A DNA stretch of 64,000 nucleotides from assembly GCA_963819655.1 (NCBI GenBank), contig CAWFXA010000002.1, positions 960,001-1,024,000 of the forward strand. The letters are read 5' to 3'. The position numbers were made by a program, and so were the translations under genes. This DNA is from an uncultured Chloroflexia bacterium. Lineage in GTDB: Bacteria; Chloroflexota; Limnocylindria; Limnocylindrales; CSP1-4. Shown piece by piece: positions 9,632-19,321 of the stretch (its first letter is position 1; each line of letters starts with the position of its first letter). The notes under the pieces are model-generated. The model worked only from the letters and a program-made list of their open reading frames with translations, had not been told where the DNA came from and did no database searches.

Positions 9632-12133
9632 ATGGAGACACTCGTCGACCTAGTCAGGGCAGGGGCGGAGCGTTTCGATCGCCGGCCGGCACTGCTGATC
9701 CGGCCCTTCTTCCGGACGCGCACTTGGCGCTACCGCGACCTCGCCTGGATCGTGCCCCGGGCCGCCCGGGTCCTCCGCGAGGCGGGCGTCGGCGAGGGCG
9801 ATCGAGTCATCGTGTGGGCCGTCAATCGACCTGAGTGGGGGATCGCGTTCTTCTCGATCGCCCACCTCGGCGCCGTATCCGTACCCCTCGATGTCCGCCA
9901 CACCGTCGACTTCGGGCGAAAGATCGTCGGCCAGACCGATGCGAAGCTCGTCATCGCCAGCCGCCAGACCGAGGCGTCGGCGCGAGAGCTCGGGCTGCCG
10001 ATCGTGTTCGTCGAGAGCCTTCCCGACGCCGCCCGGCGGGCCCAGCCGGTCGATCCGGCCCAGGTGAAGAGCGACACCCTCGCGGAGATCGTGTTCACGA
10101 GCGGCACGACGGGCGAGCCGAAGGGCGCGATGCTCAGCCACGGCAACCTGATGGCCAGCGCGACGACGATGACGAAGGTGCTGTCGTTCGGCGTCAAGGA
10201 TCGCCTGCTGTCGGTGCTCCCGCTGTCGCACCTGTACGAACAGGTCCTGGGGTTCATGGCGCCGCTGACCGTGGGCGCGAGCGTGGTCTACCCGGTGAGC
10301 CGCCAGCCCGCGGTGCTGATCCGGACGTTCCGGGACTTCAAGGTGACGGTCCTGCTGATCGTGCCGCAGGGGCTGCGCCTGCTGAATGGCGCGATCGAGC
10401 GACGGGTGGATCAGGCGGGCCGGCGGTCGACCTTCGAGCGGCTGCACGCCATCGCGCGGCGCATGCCGAAGCCGATCAAGCGCCTTCTGTTCCGATCCGT
10501 CCTCAAGGAGTTCGGCGGCCGGCTGCACACCATCGGCGTGGGCGCCTCGGCCCTCGACACCGACATCGCGCGCCGCTGGACCGATATGGGCGTGGACGTC
10601 CTCCAGGGCTACGGCGCGACCGAGATGGGTCCCGTCGTGAGCTTCACCCGCCCGAACCGGAACGTGCTCGGGACGGTCGGCGAGCCCATCCCCGGGGTCG
10701 AGGCCCGGATCGCGGAGGACGGCGAGATCCTCGCCCGCGGCCCCGGCCGCTTCGCCGGCTACTGGAAGAACCCCGAGGCGACAGCCGCCGCGATCGACGG
10801 GGAGGGCTGGTACCACACGGGCGACCTCGGGGCGTTCACGAAGGACGGGATGCTCACGTTCCGTGGCCGGAAGAAAGACATGCTCGCGTTGCCTGACGGG
10901 CAGAAGGTCTATGCCGAGGACGTCGAGGCGGTGCTGAAGGACGACGGGCGGGTCAAGGACGCAGCGATCGTCGGCTGGCCGCTTGGTGCGGGGCTCAGGG
11001 TCCACGCGGTCCTGCTGCTCGACGACCCGTCCCTCGTGGACTCGGTCGTCAAGGACGCCAACACGAGGCTGGCGCCGCATCAGCACATCCGCGGCTCGAC
11101 CGTGTGGCCGGAGCCTGACCTGCCGCGCACCCACACCTTGAAAGTGCGGAAGCCGGACATCCTCGCTGGCCTCGAGGACCTCGAGCGCCCCGCGACGGCG
11201 CCGCTCCCGGCGGCGGCGTCCAAGCTGAAGGCCGACCCGCTCGACGCGGCCGTCGATCCGATCACGGTCATCGTCGCGGGTCTCGCGGGCGTCGAGGCAT
11301 CCACGATCCGGCCGTCGGCGCGCCTGTCGACGGACCTGGACCTCGACTCGCTCCAGCGGGTGGAGCTGCTCGGCGTCATCGAGGAGGAGACGGGCGTGTT
11401 CGTGGACGACGACGCGCTCCAGCCGGACACGACCGTCGGCGAGCTGATCGGCCTAGTGGAGGAGGCACGCGGCGCGAAGCGCGTCGTTGGCGCGTGGCGC
11501 TGGCCGCTGTCACCGTTCGTCCGCGCGATCGGCCTGGCGCTGCAGGTCCTCCTGATCTACCCGTTCGTCCATGTCTTCTACAAGATCAGGGTCACCGGGC
11601 TGGAGCGATTGGATCCCGATAACGGACCGTTCCTCCTCACGCCCAATCACTGCCTTCACCTCGACAACGGGATCATCCTCAGCCGCCTGCCGCTGGGACT
11701 CCGTTGGAAGCTCTCGGTGGCCGCGGCGGCGGACACCATCTACGACAACCCGATCCGGGGAATCCTCGCCTCCGTCCTGGCGAATGCCTTCCCGCTCCAG
11801 CGCGAGGGCGGCGTGCGCAAGAGCCTCGAGCTTCTCGGCTCCAGGATGGACAAGGGCTACAACATCCTGATCTACCCCGAGGGCAAGCTCACCGTGGGTG
11901 GCCCGCTGCAGCCGTTCAAGGCCGGTGCGGGGCTGGTCGCGGTCGAGGGCGGGTCGCCGATCGTGCCGGTCAAGCTGAAGATCAACCGCATGTCGATCAT
12001 CGACAAGCGACGCCTGCCGGCCGCCCTCCGCGGCGACGTCGAGCTCGTCATCGGCGAGCCGATCTGGTTCGATTCGACGATGGACCATAACGCCGCGACC
12101 ACCCGGCTCGAGGCCGCCGTCGCGGCACTCTGA
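9632..12133 (+). CDS. Long-chain acyl-CoA/ACP synthetase fused to ACP and PlsC-type acyltransferase
   Basis: AMP-binding motifs FTSGTTGEPKG, QGYGATE and YHTGDLG; ACP DLDSLQRVEL; acyltransferase NHCLHLD (HX4D) and IYPEG. Confidence 0.9.
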   Translation: METLVDLVRAGAERFDRRPALLIRPFFRTRTWRYRDLAWIVPRAARVLREAGVGEGDRVIVWAVNRPEWGIAFFSIAHLGAVSVPLDVRHTVDFGRKIVGQTDAKLVIASRQTEASARELGLPIVFVESLPDAARRAQPVDPAQVKSDTLAEIVFTSGTTGEPKGAMLSHGNLMASATTMTKVLSFGVKDRLLSVLPLSHLYEQVLGFMAPLTVGASVVYPVSRQPAVLIRTFRDFKVTVLLIVPQGLRLLNGAIERRVDQAGRRSTFERLHAIARRMPKPIKRLLFRSVLKEFGGRLHTIGVGASALDTDIARRWTDMGVDVLQGYGATEMGPVVSFTRPNRNVLGTVGEPIPGVEARIAEDGEILARGPGRFAGYWKNPEATAAAIDGEGWYHTGDLGAFTKDGMLTFRGRKKDMLALPDGQKVYAEDVEAVLKDDGRVKDAAIVGWPLGAGLRVHAVLLLDDPSLVDSVVKDANTRLAPHQHIRGSTVWPEPDLPRTHTLKVRKPDILAGLEDLERPATAPLPAAASKLKADPLDAAVDPITVIVAGLAGVEASTIRPSARLSTDLDLDSLQRVELLGVIEEETGVFVDDDALQPDTTVGELIGLVEEARGAKRVVGAWRWPLSPFVRAIGLALQVLLIYPFVHVFYKIRVTGLERLDPDNGPFLLTPNHCLHLDNGIILSRLPLGLRWKLSVAAAADTIYDNPIRGILASVLANAFPLQREGGVRKSLELLGSRMDKGYNILIYPEGKLTVGGPLQPFKAGAGLVAVEGGSPIVPVKLKINRMSIIDKRRLPAALRGDVELVIGEPIWFDSTMDHNAATTRLEAAVAAL

Positions 12134-12429
12134 AGTTCGCGACGCGAGGTTCCGAAACGACCATGGGCATGAGCACCGTCGGCATCGAGCCAGTTGGAGG
12201 CTACCCGACGGATGCACTGCCGATGGGGCGAGCGACGATCACGTCGTGGCGATATTTAACCAGTGACTGCTCCGTGGACGGACCGGCCTCGCCCTCGACG
12301 TGCCTCCGACCGGGTCCCTATTCCCGACGTAAGCGCCAGGCGAACAGCGCAGCCCTCTGTCCCAGACCGTTGAAGTCGGACCACCGCGGGCCCAGGCGTC
12401 CCCCGAAGGGCCGGGCAGTGGAACCCCCT

Positions 12430-12760
12430 GGCGTCATGTGACGCTCGGCCAGCTCATCACCGCTGGCCTGGTCCGCGTTCACTCGACATCGAGCACCGCT
12501 ATCGCGGCACCCACCTCGCCGCACGGATTGAGCATGCCACCCGAATTCGTGTTCGAAGAAGCGCTTACGACTCGCTCTCTACGGCCGGCGGGGTGGCGCG
12601 GAAGTCGATTAGCGGGTCCCCTCCGGGACGGGACTATCCGCAAAACGAACGGCTGGACTTCTGGCAGTTCCGGCGTCCCGACGGGACCTTGGGTGTACTC
12701 GATGACCCACGGCGCGAGTTCCACGAACGGAAGGTCGTGAGCCTCGTCGATGGCCGTCGT
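12430..12760 (+). pseudogene. Degenerate RAMA-like domain gene remnant (restriction-associated)
   Basis: Joining frames gives TLGQLITAGLV...HRYRGTHLAARI...YDSLSTAGGVARKSISGSPPGRDYPQ(T)NGW(D)FWQF, the RAMA-type SLS.A...NGW.FW pattern, broken by frameshifts. Confidence 0.55.
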
Positions 12761-12818
12761 GGCAGAGGCGTAACACGGGCGATCCTGACCGAGGTCTGCA
12801 GGGCGCGACAATATGCTG

Positions 12819-13172
12819 GTGAAGGCACAGCTGGTCGCGTTCGGAGACCTGCGGATCGAGGGCAAGCGGTACGAACGCGACGTGGTGATCGAGGCCGGCC
12901 GAATCCGCCGACGGCGGAAAGGCCCCTCCAAGGCGCGACGCGGTGAGTTCGGGCACACACCGTTCACCAGCGCCGAGGACATTCCCTGGGGTGGTCGGCG
13001 GCTCATCGTCGGGACGGGCGCCGATGCCGCCCTCCCGATCAGCCCTGATGTCTACGCTGAGGCGGACCGACGCGGGATCCGCATCACGGCGTTGCCGACG
13101 CGTGATGCCTGCCGCCTACTCGCGAAGCTGGACGCGACTGAGGTCTACGCGGTCCTCCACGTCACCTGTTGA
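12819..13172 (+). CDS. Mth938-like domain protein
   Basis: FG.L.I.GK.YE.DVVI, LIVGTG and C-terminal LHVTC; GTG start 6 nt after GACAAT. Confidence 0.82.
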   Translation: MKAQLVAFGDLRIEGKRYERDVVIEAGRIRRRRKGPSKARRGEFGHTPFTSAEDIPWGGRRLIVGTGADAALPISPDVYAEADRRGIRITALPTRDACRLLAKLDATEVYAVLHVTC

Positions 13173-13651
13173 GGCCGGTACGGGTGGGCCAATCCTGTTG
13201 CACCTCTGTATTGGAACCTCAGAGGGTCTTGGAGCTTGAGGCGGCCCGCGGACTCGCCCTGGCACACGACGATGAAGACCCGGGGTCAGGAGAGTCCCTA
13301 TCGGAAGCACCCTCAGAGTCGCTTGTCATCCTTGCACTCTCAATTCCGACGTCTGTGGGTGACGTACGACACTGCTCTCGTCACGATCCGGGATGCTCTG
13401 CTCGTGATCCTGTAGAGGGACGCTCGTCCATTGTGTGGCACGTTGGGCACGACAACATGGGTTCATCGAGTTGGGGATTCTGACACCGCAATACACGGCG
13501 CCGGTCCGCCCGGACCGGCGATCAGGCTCGCCGCAAGCCGCGGCGACGATGAGGTGCGGTCGGCGGCGAGTCGGCACGGCGTCAGGCTCGTGCCCGCAAC
13601 AGCTGGCGCTCCCGAACGTCTCCACTGGTAAACCATCCAGATGGACATGAG

Positions 13652-14320
13652 ATGCACTCGTCGCACTCACGACTCGCAACCACGATCAGCGTCGGCCTGC
13701 TCATCGCGGCCGCCTGCACGTCAGCTTCAACCCCGGCGCCGGACGTGACACCAACGGCGTCGCCGTCGATCACCATCACCCCGGCGGCCGCGAGCCCGAC
13801 AGCGGCGGCGACCCCGGCGAGCCCGAGCCCGTCAGCGACCCCTCAGCCCACCCCAGAGCCCACGCCAGTCCCCGTGCCACCGAAGCCCACCGGGGTGAGC
13901 TTCGACGAGCAGATACGCGTGAGCGACGACGAATCAGTCTTGGAGATCACCCAGACGGTCACGTGGGGAGCGCCGTGGAGCGAGGGCGTCGAGATCCGGG
14001 TCTACGGCGTGACCGACTGCATCGCCGAGCCCGCCGACCCGCCCCCGGGCACCAGTGGGCCATGCCTTGTCGTGCACACCCCCCTGCCGGCGTCGGTCCG
14101 CACGCTGCTCGCGACGGTACCGGCGTCCGACGGCGTTGTGAGCTGGACGTGGACGCAGGAATCCGGTGACTGCGACATCGGTTACCCGGCCCACGACCGC
14201 GACGGACCCGTATACCGCGCGGTCGTGCTGGCCGCCTACAGCGCGTCGGATCACTCGATCTTTGCCATCGCAGAGCCTGGCGGATGGTGGCGAGCGGGTC
14301 TTGGCGACATAGTCTGCTGA
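13652..14320 (+). CDS. Hypothetical lipoprotein
   Basis: Hydrophobic signal ending IAAAC, Pro/Thr/Ser linker and a Cys-containing C-terminal domain. Confidence 0.65.
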   Translation: MHSSHSRLATTISVGLLIAAACTSASTPAPDVTPTASPSITITPAAASPTAAATPASPSPSATPQPTPEPTPVPVPPKPTGVSFDEQIRVSDDESVLEITQTVTWGAPWSEGVEIRVYGVTDCIAEPADPPPGTSGPCLVVHTPLPASVRTLLATVPASDGVVSWTWTQESGDCDIGYPAHDRDGPVYRAVVLAAYSASDHSIFAIAEPGGWWRAGLGDIVC

Positions 14321-14477
14321 GACCTCCTGCGCTACATCCTGTGCCTTGCTGTGGAAACGGGAGAAGCACAAGGACTCCAGCGGTCGACCCGTCGTGACCG
14401 GATGAGCACCGCCAAGCGGCATCCCAACGCATTGGCAACTGGCCACTCCGCCGGCGTCGCGGCCGCCCTGCGGTGCC

Positions 14478-14927
14478 CTACAGGGCGTTCGACTCCATCA
14501 TTGCCTTGAGATTGTTGACGTCCCGCTGAAAGGCGCGCTGAAAGACGGCCATGAGCGGCCGGCCGAATGGCTTCAAGACTCCACCGGGTTCCATCTCCCA
14601 GCGCCAGTCGACGCGCGTGCCGCCGGCGACCGACGTCAACGTGTACTTCGTCCGTCCGCTTCCTCCCCATGACGCGCTGATCAGCCGGAGCGCGAGCATC
14701 CTATTCGGCTCGAGTTCAGTGACCTCCATCACGCTCTCCATGGTCCCGCCGAAGAAGCCCTTCACCACGGCTCGCCGGCGGCTGCCCACGCCGGGTGGCC
14801 CCGGAGTGAGAAGCTCGCCTTTGATCGCGTTGGCCGCCCACCTCGGCGACAGGGTTGGATCGGTCAGGACCCCGAACACGTCCTCCACGGGACGCGCGAT
14901 CGTGACGCTGACATCCGCATTCGCCAT
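14478..14927 (-). CDS. SRPBCC (polyketide cyclase/START-like) family protein
   Basis: SVTIARPVEDVF..L.D....RW, PPGVGS and C-terminal helix DVNNLKAMME; GAGG upstream. Confidence 0.85.
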   Translation of the reverse strand: MANADVSVTIARPVEDVFGVLTDPTLSPRWAANAIKGELLTPGPPGVGSRRRAVVKGFFGGTMESVMEVTELEPNRMLALRLISASWGGSGRTKYTLTSVAGGTRVDWRWEMEPGGVLKPFGRPLMAVFQRAFQRDVNNLKAMMESNAL

Positions 14928-15072
14928 CTCGAGCAGTCCTCTCGGTGGGCCGGCCGTGTAGTAGGCCGTCGCAGACTGAACCTTGCCTTGCGCCGAATTC
15001 GGTCGCTGGCCCGACAGGCCAAAGCGTATGGGTCTTGCGCATGAACATGGCATTCGCGCTGAAGGGTTTCGC

Positions 15073-15240
15073 TCAGGGATCCAGGCTGCCAGGATGCAGC
15101 CGCACGGCGCCAGCATCACCATCGACGGTCACCTGCTGACCGTCGCAGAGGACGGCCGTACCGTTGCCCGTCGCGACAACCGCCGGGACGCCGTACTCCC
15201 GCGCGATTATCGCCGGGTGCGAGAGGATCCCGCCGCAAGA
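15073..15240 (-). pseudogene. PEP-utilising enzyme mobile (phospho-His) domain fragment
   Basis: GGILSHPAIIAREYGVPAVV...VTVDG is clear, but only about 55 codons with no upstream body. Confidence 0.75.
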
Positions 15241-15300
15241 CCACGCGGTCTGGCCACGATTCACTCATCGTGTCGGTCCGCGGACGGTATGTCGTGAGGT

Positions 15301-15507
15301 GTGGCCACAAACTGGTCGCGGATGACAGCAGCGGAAGTGGTGATCCTTCTTGCCGTTCAGGGCGCCACGATCTTTGCGCTTCCTTACCTCGTGCCTTCGG
15401 GGGACGGACCCACCAGGCTAGCTCTATTCGGGTTCGCTAACGTCGCCGCCTTTGCGCTGATCGGAGTTGTCAGACTCATGAAGCGGAAGCGCCTGTCGGG
15501 GCCGTAG
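15301..15507 (+). CDS. Small hypothetical membrane protein
   Basis: Two hydrophobic segments and a basic tail; GAGG just upstream. Confidence 0.4.
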   Translation: MATNWSRMTAAEVVILLAVQGATIFALPYLVPSGDGPTRLALFGFANVAAFALIGVVRLMKRKRLSGP

Positions 15508-15715
15508 ACCCGTCGTCGGGTCGCACCTCCGTGGATCGCGGTCCTCGCGGCACACAATTCACTCATAGTGAGACAGATATGGGTGGCATGGCCCAGACCA
15601 CTGCCCAAACTCCCACTTTGCCTATCTGAGCGCCGTGTGCGTCGCCAGGATGGTCGCACGGGCGATTGGCGCTAGCCCAGCCGCCATGAGGCACGCCAGC
15701 GGGATACTTGGCCGG

Positions 15716-16438
15716 ATGAGCACGCCACAGAAGGCGCACGTGCCAGGGAGTCGCGAGTACCTGGCCGATCTTCTGAACCGTTGGCGGGACGGTGCGATCG
15801 CGCCGCGGGATGTATTCGCCGAGGCCAGGACACTGTGGCTGTCTCGCCGATGGCCCAAGCACCACGAGCCGGGCTACGACGCGGTCGGACAAGAGGTCCT
15901 GTACTTCTTGGCCGACGCCCGCGACTTGGGCCTCATGCACGACGACATCCCAGCGCTCCTGGAGTACCTGCGCACACCTCGTTCGCGGTACGACCAGGTC
16001 CAGCAACGGTTCTCCGCCTATGTGGAGGGTGTCGACTGGGAACAGCGTGAAACCCTACAGCAAGACGACGGCTATTACGGGCCGCTGTCTCCGGATGCCG
16101 AGGACGAGCGGCATGAGATCACGTTGTCGGACCCCGACGAGCGCCGGCTTCACCGCGGAGTGCGGCTCGCGCCTGAGACCGTCTGGACTGAGGTCCGAGC
16201 CAAGTTGTGTGACCCATCCCCGAGGGACCACGAGCTCCTGGTCGACCTCGTGGAGGACCTCATGTACCGCCATGCCGACGAGTTCATCGACCGCTTGGAG
16301 GCGGTGGCCGACGAATGCCCGGCGTCACACGAACTGCTGACAACGCCTCATCTCGGCGGCATCGCAACCACCGAAGCCGCCGAACGCTTCTGGAACCTGC
16401 AGGATCGGCTCCACCAAATGGGTGACCACCATGAATGA
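15716..16438 (+). CDS. Hypothetical protein; C-terminal helical region resembling DUF6869-type domains
   Basis: Acidic globular composition; VEDLMYRHADEFIDRLE motif; GATACT 7 nt before ATG. Confidence 0.6.
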   Translation: MSTPQKAHVPGSREYLADLLNRWRDGAIAPRDVFAEARTLWLSRRWPKHHEPGYDAVGQEVLYFLADARDLGLMHDDIPALLEYLRTPRSRYDQVQQRFSAYVEGVDWEQRETLQQDDGYYGPLSPDAEDERHEITLSDPDERRLHRGVRLAPETVWTEVRAKLCDPSPRDHELLVDLVEDLMYRHADEFIDRLEAVADECPASHELLTTPHLGGIATTEAAERFWNLQDRLHQMGDHHE

Positions 16439-16678
16439 CCATGTCCATTCGATGGCCGGGCCTGCCGATGTAAGTGCTGGTAGGCGATCGCGTCTCGTCC
16501 ACGGAAGCACACGATCCGCTCATCGTGTCGGTGGGATGCACCCCGGTCGGCTCGGACCGACTGACCGCAAGCGCAGCGGGATCGAAAGGTCCGGGACCGC
16601 TGCCGGGCTCGTGTCAGATTAGCCATCGGGACTTAGCTGCGGCCCAGGCTGGCTGGTACGCGTCCATAGGAGGGCAAC

Positions 16679-17068
16679 ATGTCTGATCCGGTCGTCTTCA
16701 TCAGCCACTTTCGAATCAAGCAAGGCAAGGTCGATTCGCTACGGCGGGTGTCTATCGAGACGACCGACCGCCTTCGATCAGAGAAGCCACGGACGGTCCT
16801 CTTCCTCAGCTACGCCGACGAGGACCGGGGCGTTATGAGCTTTCTCCACGCCTTCGCTGACGCCGATGCGATGGACGCCCACTTCGAGGGTGCCGACGAG
16901 AGATCGCGGAGAGCGCTCGAGTTTCTTGAGCCTGTCGGTTGGGAGTTCTACGGGAAGCCGAGTGCCGCGGCGCTCGAATCGGTCCGACAAGCGGCTACGG
17001 TGTCCAGCGCGACGTTGACGGTGGAGCCGGAATACGTCGCGGGCTTCCTGCGCCTCTCGGCAGTCTGA
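16679..17068 (+). CDS. Dimeric alpha+beta barrel (ABM-like) hypothetical protein
   Basis: AGGAGG RBS; FISHFRIKQGK...EKPRT...F.DADAMDAHF pattern. Confidence 0.7.
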   Translation: MSDPVVFISHFRIKQGKVDSLRRVSIETTDRLRSEKPRTVLFLSYADEDRGVMSFLHAFADADAMDAHFEGADERSRRALEFLEPVGWEFYGKPSAAALESVRQAATVSSATLTVEPEYVAGFLRLSAV

Positions 17069-17217
17069 GCTCGTAGACCCGCACTGCGACGCAAGCCTCC
17101 GAGAGGTCAGCGGTTGGAAATGGTCGGTCGAGGCGTCATGACGCCCCGCTCGCGTGCCGACTCCACGCACACGATTTGCTCATTGTGTCGCGACACCGGG
17201 GTGACGTCACACTGGTC

Positions 17218-18153
17218 GGCGGGGGAGACCGGCCGTTCGGCTACCGCCACGACCGACGAACCATCGAGCCGACCGAGTCGGCCGCGATCCGCGAGGCTGC
17301 CGCGCGCATCCGCGCAGGCGACAGCCTCCGCGCCGTCGCGTCCGACTGGAACGCTCGCGGGATCACGTCGGTGCGCGGTCGGCCGTGGACGGTCCAGGTC
17401 CTGCGCCGGATGCTCATGAGCGCCCGTCTGTCCGGCCAGCGCTCGTATCAGGGTGAGATCGTCGCCAAAGGCGACTGGCCACCGATCCTAACGCCCGAGG
17501 ACACGACACAGCTCCAGGCAATCCTCGGCGATCCCGCCCGGTTCACCCGTCGCACCGTCCGGCGATATCTGTTGTCGGGTGGCCTGCTCCGCTGCTCGTT
17601 GTGCGGCTCCGTACTGGTGGCTCGTCCACGCACCGATGGCACGCGCCGCTACGTATGCGCAAAGGGTCCGGGCCTGACCGGGTGCGGCCGTATCGCCGTC
17701 CTTGCCGAGCCCGTCGAGGAGTTGATCACCGGGGCCGTCCTCTATCGCCTCGACACGCCCGAACTCGCGGACGCGCTGGCAGGCAAGGCGATGGAGGATG
17801 CCGAGGCCGATGCCGCTCAAGCGTCTGTCGCCGCCGATAGAACCCAGCTTGAAGAACTGGCGCGCGCGTACGGCGAGCGCCAGATCACGTTCCCGGAATA
17901 CCTGGCCGCCCGGAAGCCGATCGAGACGCGCATCGAGGCCGGCCAGCGCAAGGTTAGCCGCCTGACGCAGACGAGCGCGCTCGCCGGTCATGTCGGCAAT
18001 GCAGCGGCGCTTCGGTCGGCCTGGGCCGACCTACCCCTGACGCGTCAGCGAGCCCTCGTGGCCGCCGTGCTCGACCGTGCGGTCGTTCGACCGGCGATCC
18101 GCGGTCGGACGCGCTTTGACTCCGACCGGATCATGCCCGAGTGGCGGCTCTGA
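17218..18153 (+). pseudogene. Large serine recombinase, N-terminal catalytic domain missing
   Basis: GG.RPFGY recombinase-domain start, zinc ribbon LLRCSLCG...YVC...C, coiled coil; no YxRxS catalytic domain upstream. Confidence 0.85.
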
Positions 18154-18281
18154 CCCAGCAGCACGACGATCGTCGCGACCGTGTCCCGGTCGGTAACCTT
18201 GACCGGGACACCCTGCTCCGCGCACGTCCGTTCCGCCCATCGACGGGCGATCTCGCAGGCGTCAGCCTTGGTCACGCCCAT
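18045..18281 (-). CDS. Small element-associated hypothetical protein
   Basis: Starts across the Rep stop codon; WAERTCAEQGVPVKVTD motif; overlaps the recombinase 3' end. Confidence 0.4.
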   Translation of the reverse strand: MGVTKADACEIARRWAERTCAEQGVPVKVTDRDTVATIVVLLGQSRHSGMIRSESKRVRPRIAGRTTARSSTAATRAR

Positions 18282-18725
18282 GACGCCCACAGCGCGGGCG
18301 GTCCGTCCCACGCTTGCTCGTCCCGCGACCGCCAGACCCGCTCAGCTGGGGCGCCCATGTACGTCTCGGCCCAGTCGATGACCTCGTCGGCCGACGTGCC
18401 GTGGATGGGCACCCCGCGCGGCTGGAACCCTTGCGCGACCTCGTAGCGATGGAGCCCGGACGGCTGGCCGCCTAGCGCCAGGTCCTTGCCGACGTACTTC
18501 GCGAGGTAGCGCGCGGCCAAACGTGCCTCGCCGAGTGACCCTGAGCCGACCGGCAGATCGCCGAGCAGCTTGATGTGGACGTGCCCGCGGCCCCATGCCC
18601 GCTTGATGTCTCCGTGGGCGATCCAGCGCCCGACGGCGAAATGCGCATGGAGGCCGTGCCCACCGGGGTGCCATTCCGGCGCCCACAGGTACGGGAGTGG
18701 CTCGCCTACCGCCCCGCGGAGTCGC
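18272..18725 (-). pseudogene. HUH rolling-circle replication initiator (Rep), 5'-truncated
   Basis: YLWAPEWHPGGHGLHAHF (HUH motif II), WGRGHV and ARYLAKYVGK (motif III, YxxKY); motif I region absent. Confidence 0.8.
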
Positions 18726-18883
18726 CATGCGTGCACCCATACGCCCAAGCTGATGCGCTGCCGCTCGATCCGGCGATCGAGCCGGTTTCGATCTCCAAGG
18801 CCAACGCCGAGGAACAGCGCGCGATCGACCTATGCATCTCCTTCGCAGCGTCTGCCAACTCCGAGCCGAGATCGGAGGCCGAG

Positions 18884-19321
18884 TTACCCGAGGAACGGGG
18901 CCGGCTCCCCAGACTCCGCGTATGCCTTCAGGGCTCCGACGATCCGGCCCCACGTGTAGTTCACCCGCGCGTACTCGTCGTCGGGATAGTCGGCACCCCA
19001 GCCATCGTGCACGAAGGCCAGCGCCGTCCCGTGCCCGGACGGCGCTGGCGTGAGCGTCCAGCTGACCGTCGTCCCGGCCCAGTGAGGAAAGTCGCCGAGA
19101 CATGACCAGCGGACCTGCTGGCCCGGGCTCAGCTCATCGATCTGCATTCGCAGGTCGACGGGCGCTGATGGGAACCCGAACCGGGCGATCGAGCCAACCG
19201 CCGGCTCGACGTCGCAATCCGACGTCCAGAAGGCGGCTTCACCAGCCTGCGTGGTGATGGCTTCGTAGATCCGTTGTGCGTCGCTGTCCACGTCCACGGT
19301 GTGGAGCATCGGTCCGGTCAT
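18884..19321 (-). CDS. SRPBCC/AHSA1-like domain protein
   Basis: IYEAITT..G.AAFW, VRWSC...PHWAGT.VSW.L, HDGW and NYTWG.IV..LK.YAE. Confidence 0.88.
   Translation of the reverse strand: MTGPMLHTVDVDSDAQRIYEAITTQAGEAAFWTSDCDVEPAVGSIARFGFPSAPVDLRMQIDELSPGQQVRWSCLGDFPHWAGTTVSWTLTPAPSGHGTALAFVHDGWGADYPDDEYARVNYTWGRIVGALKAYAESGEPAPFLG

Larger units (their letters stand above)
17218..18725. mobile_element. Remnant of an integrative rolling-circle element (serine integrase + HUH Rep)
   Basis: Convergent recombinase and Rep genes, both cut at their outer (5') ends. Confidence 0.7.

Noticed and set aside
13160-13200. C-terminal Cys-TGA of the Mth938-like gene as Sec readthrough
   Set aside because: HxTC is the normal C-terminus for this family and no SECIS-like hairpin is evident.
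16431-16678. Short ORFs after the 15716-16438 gene
   Set aside because: No recognisable motif and weak codon bias.
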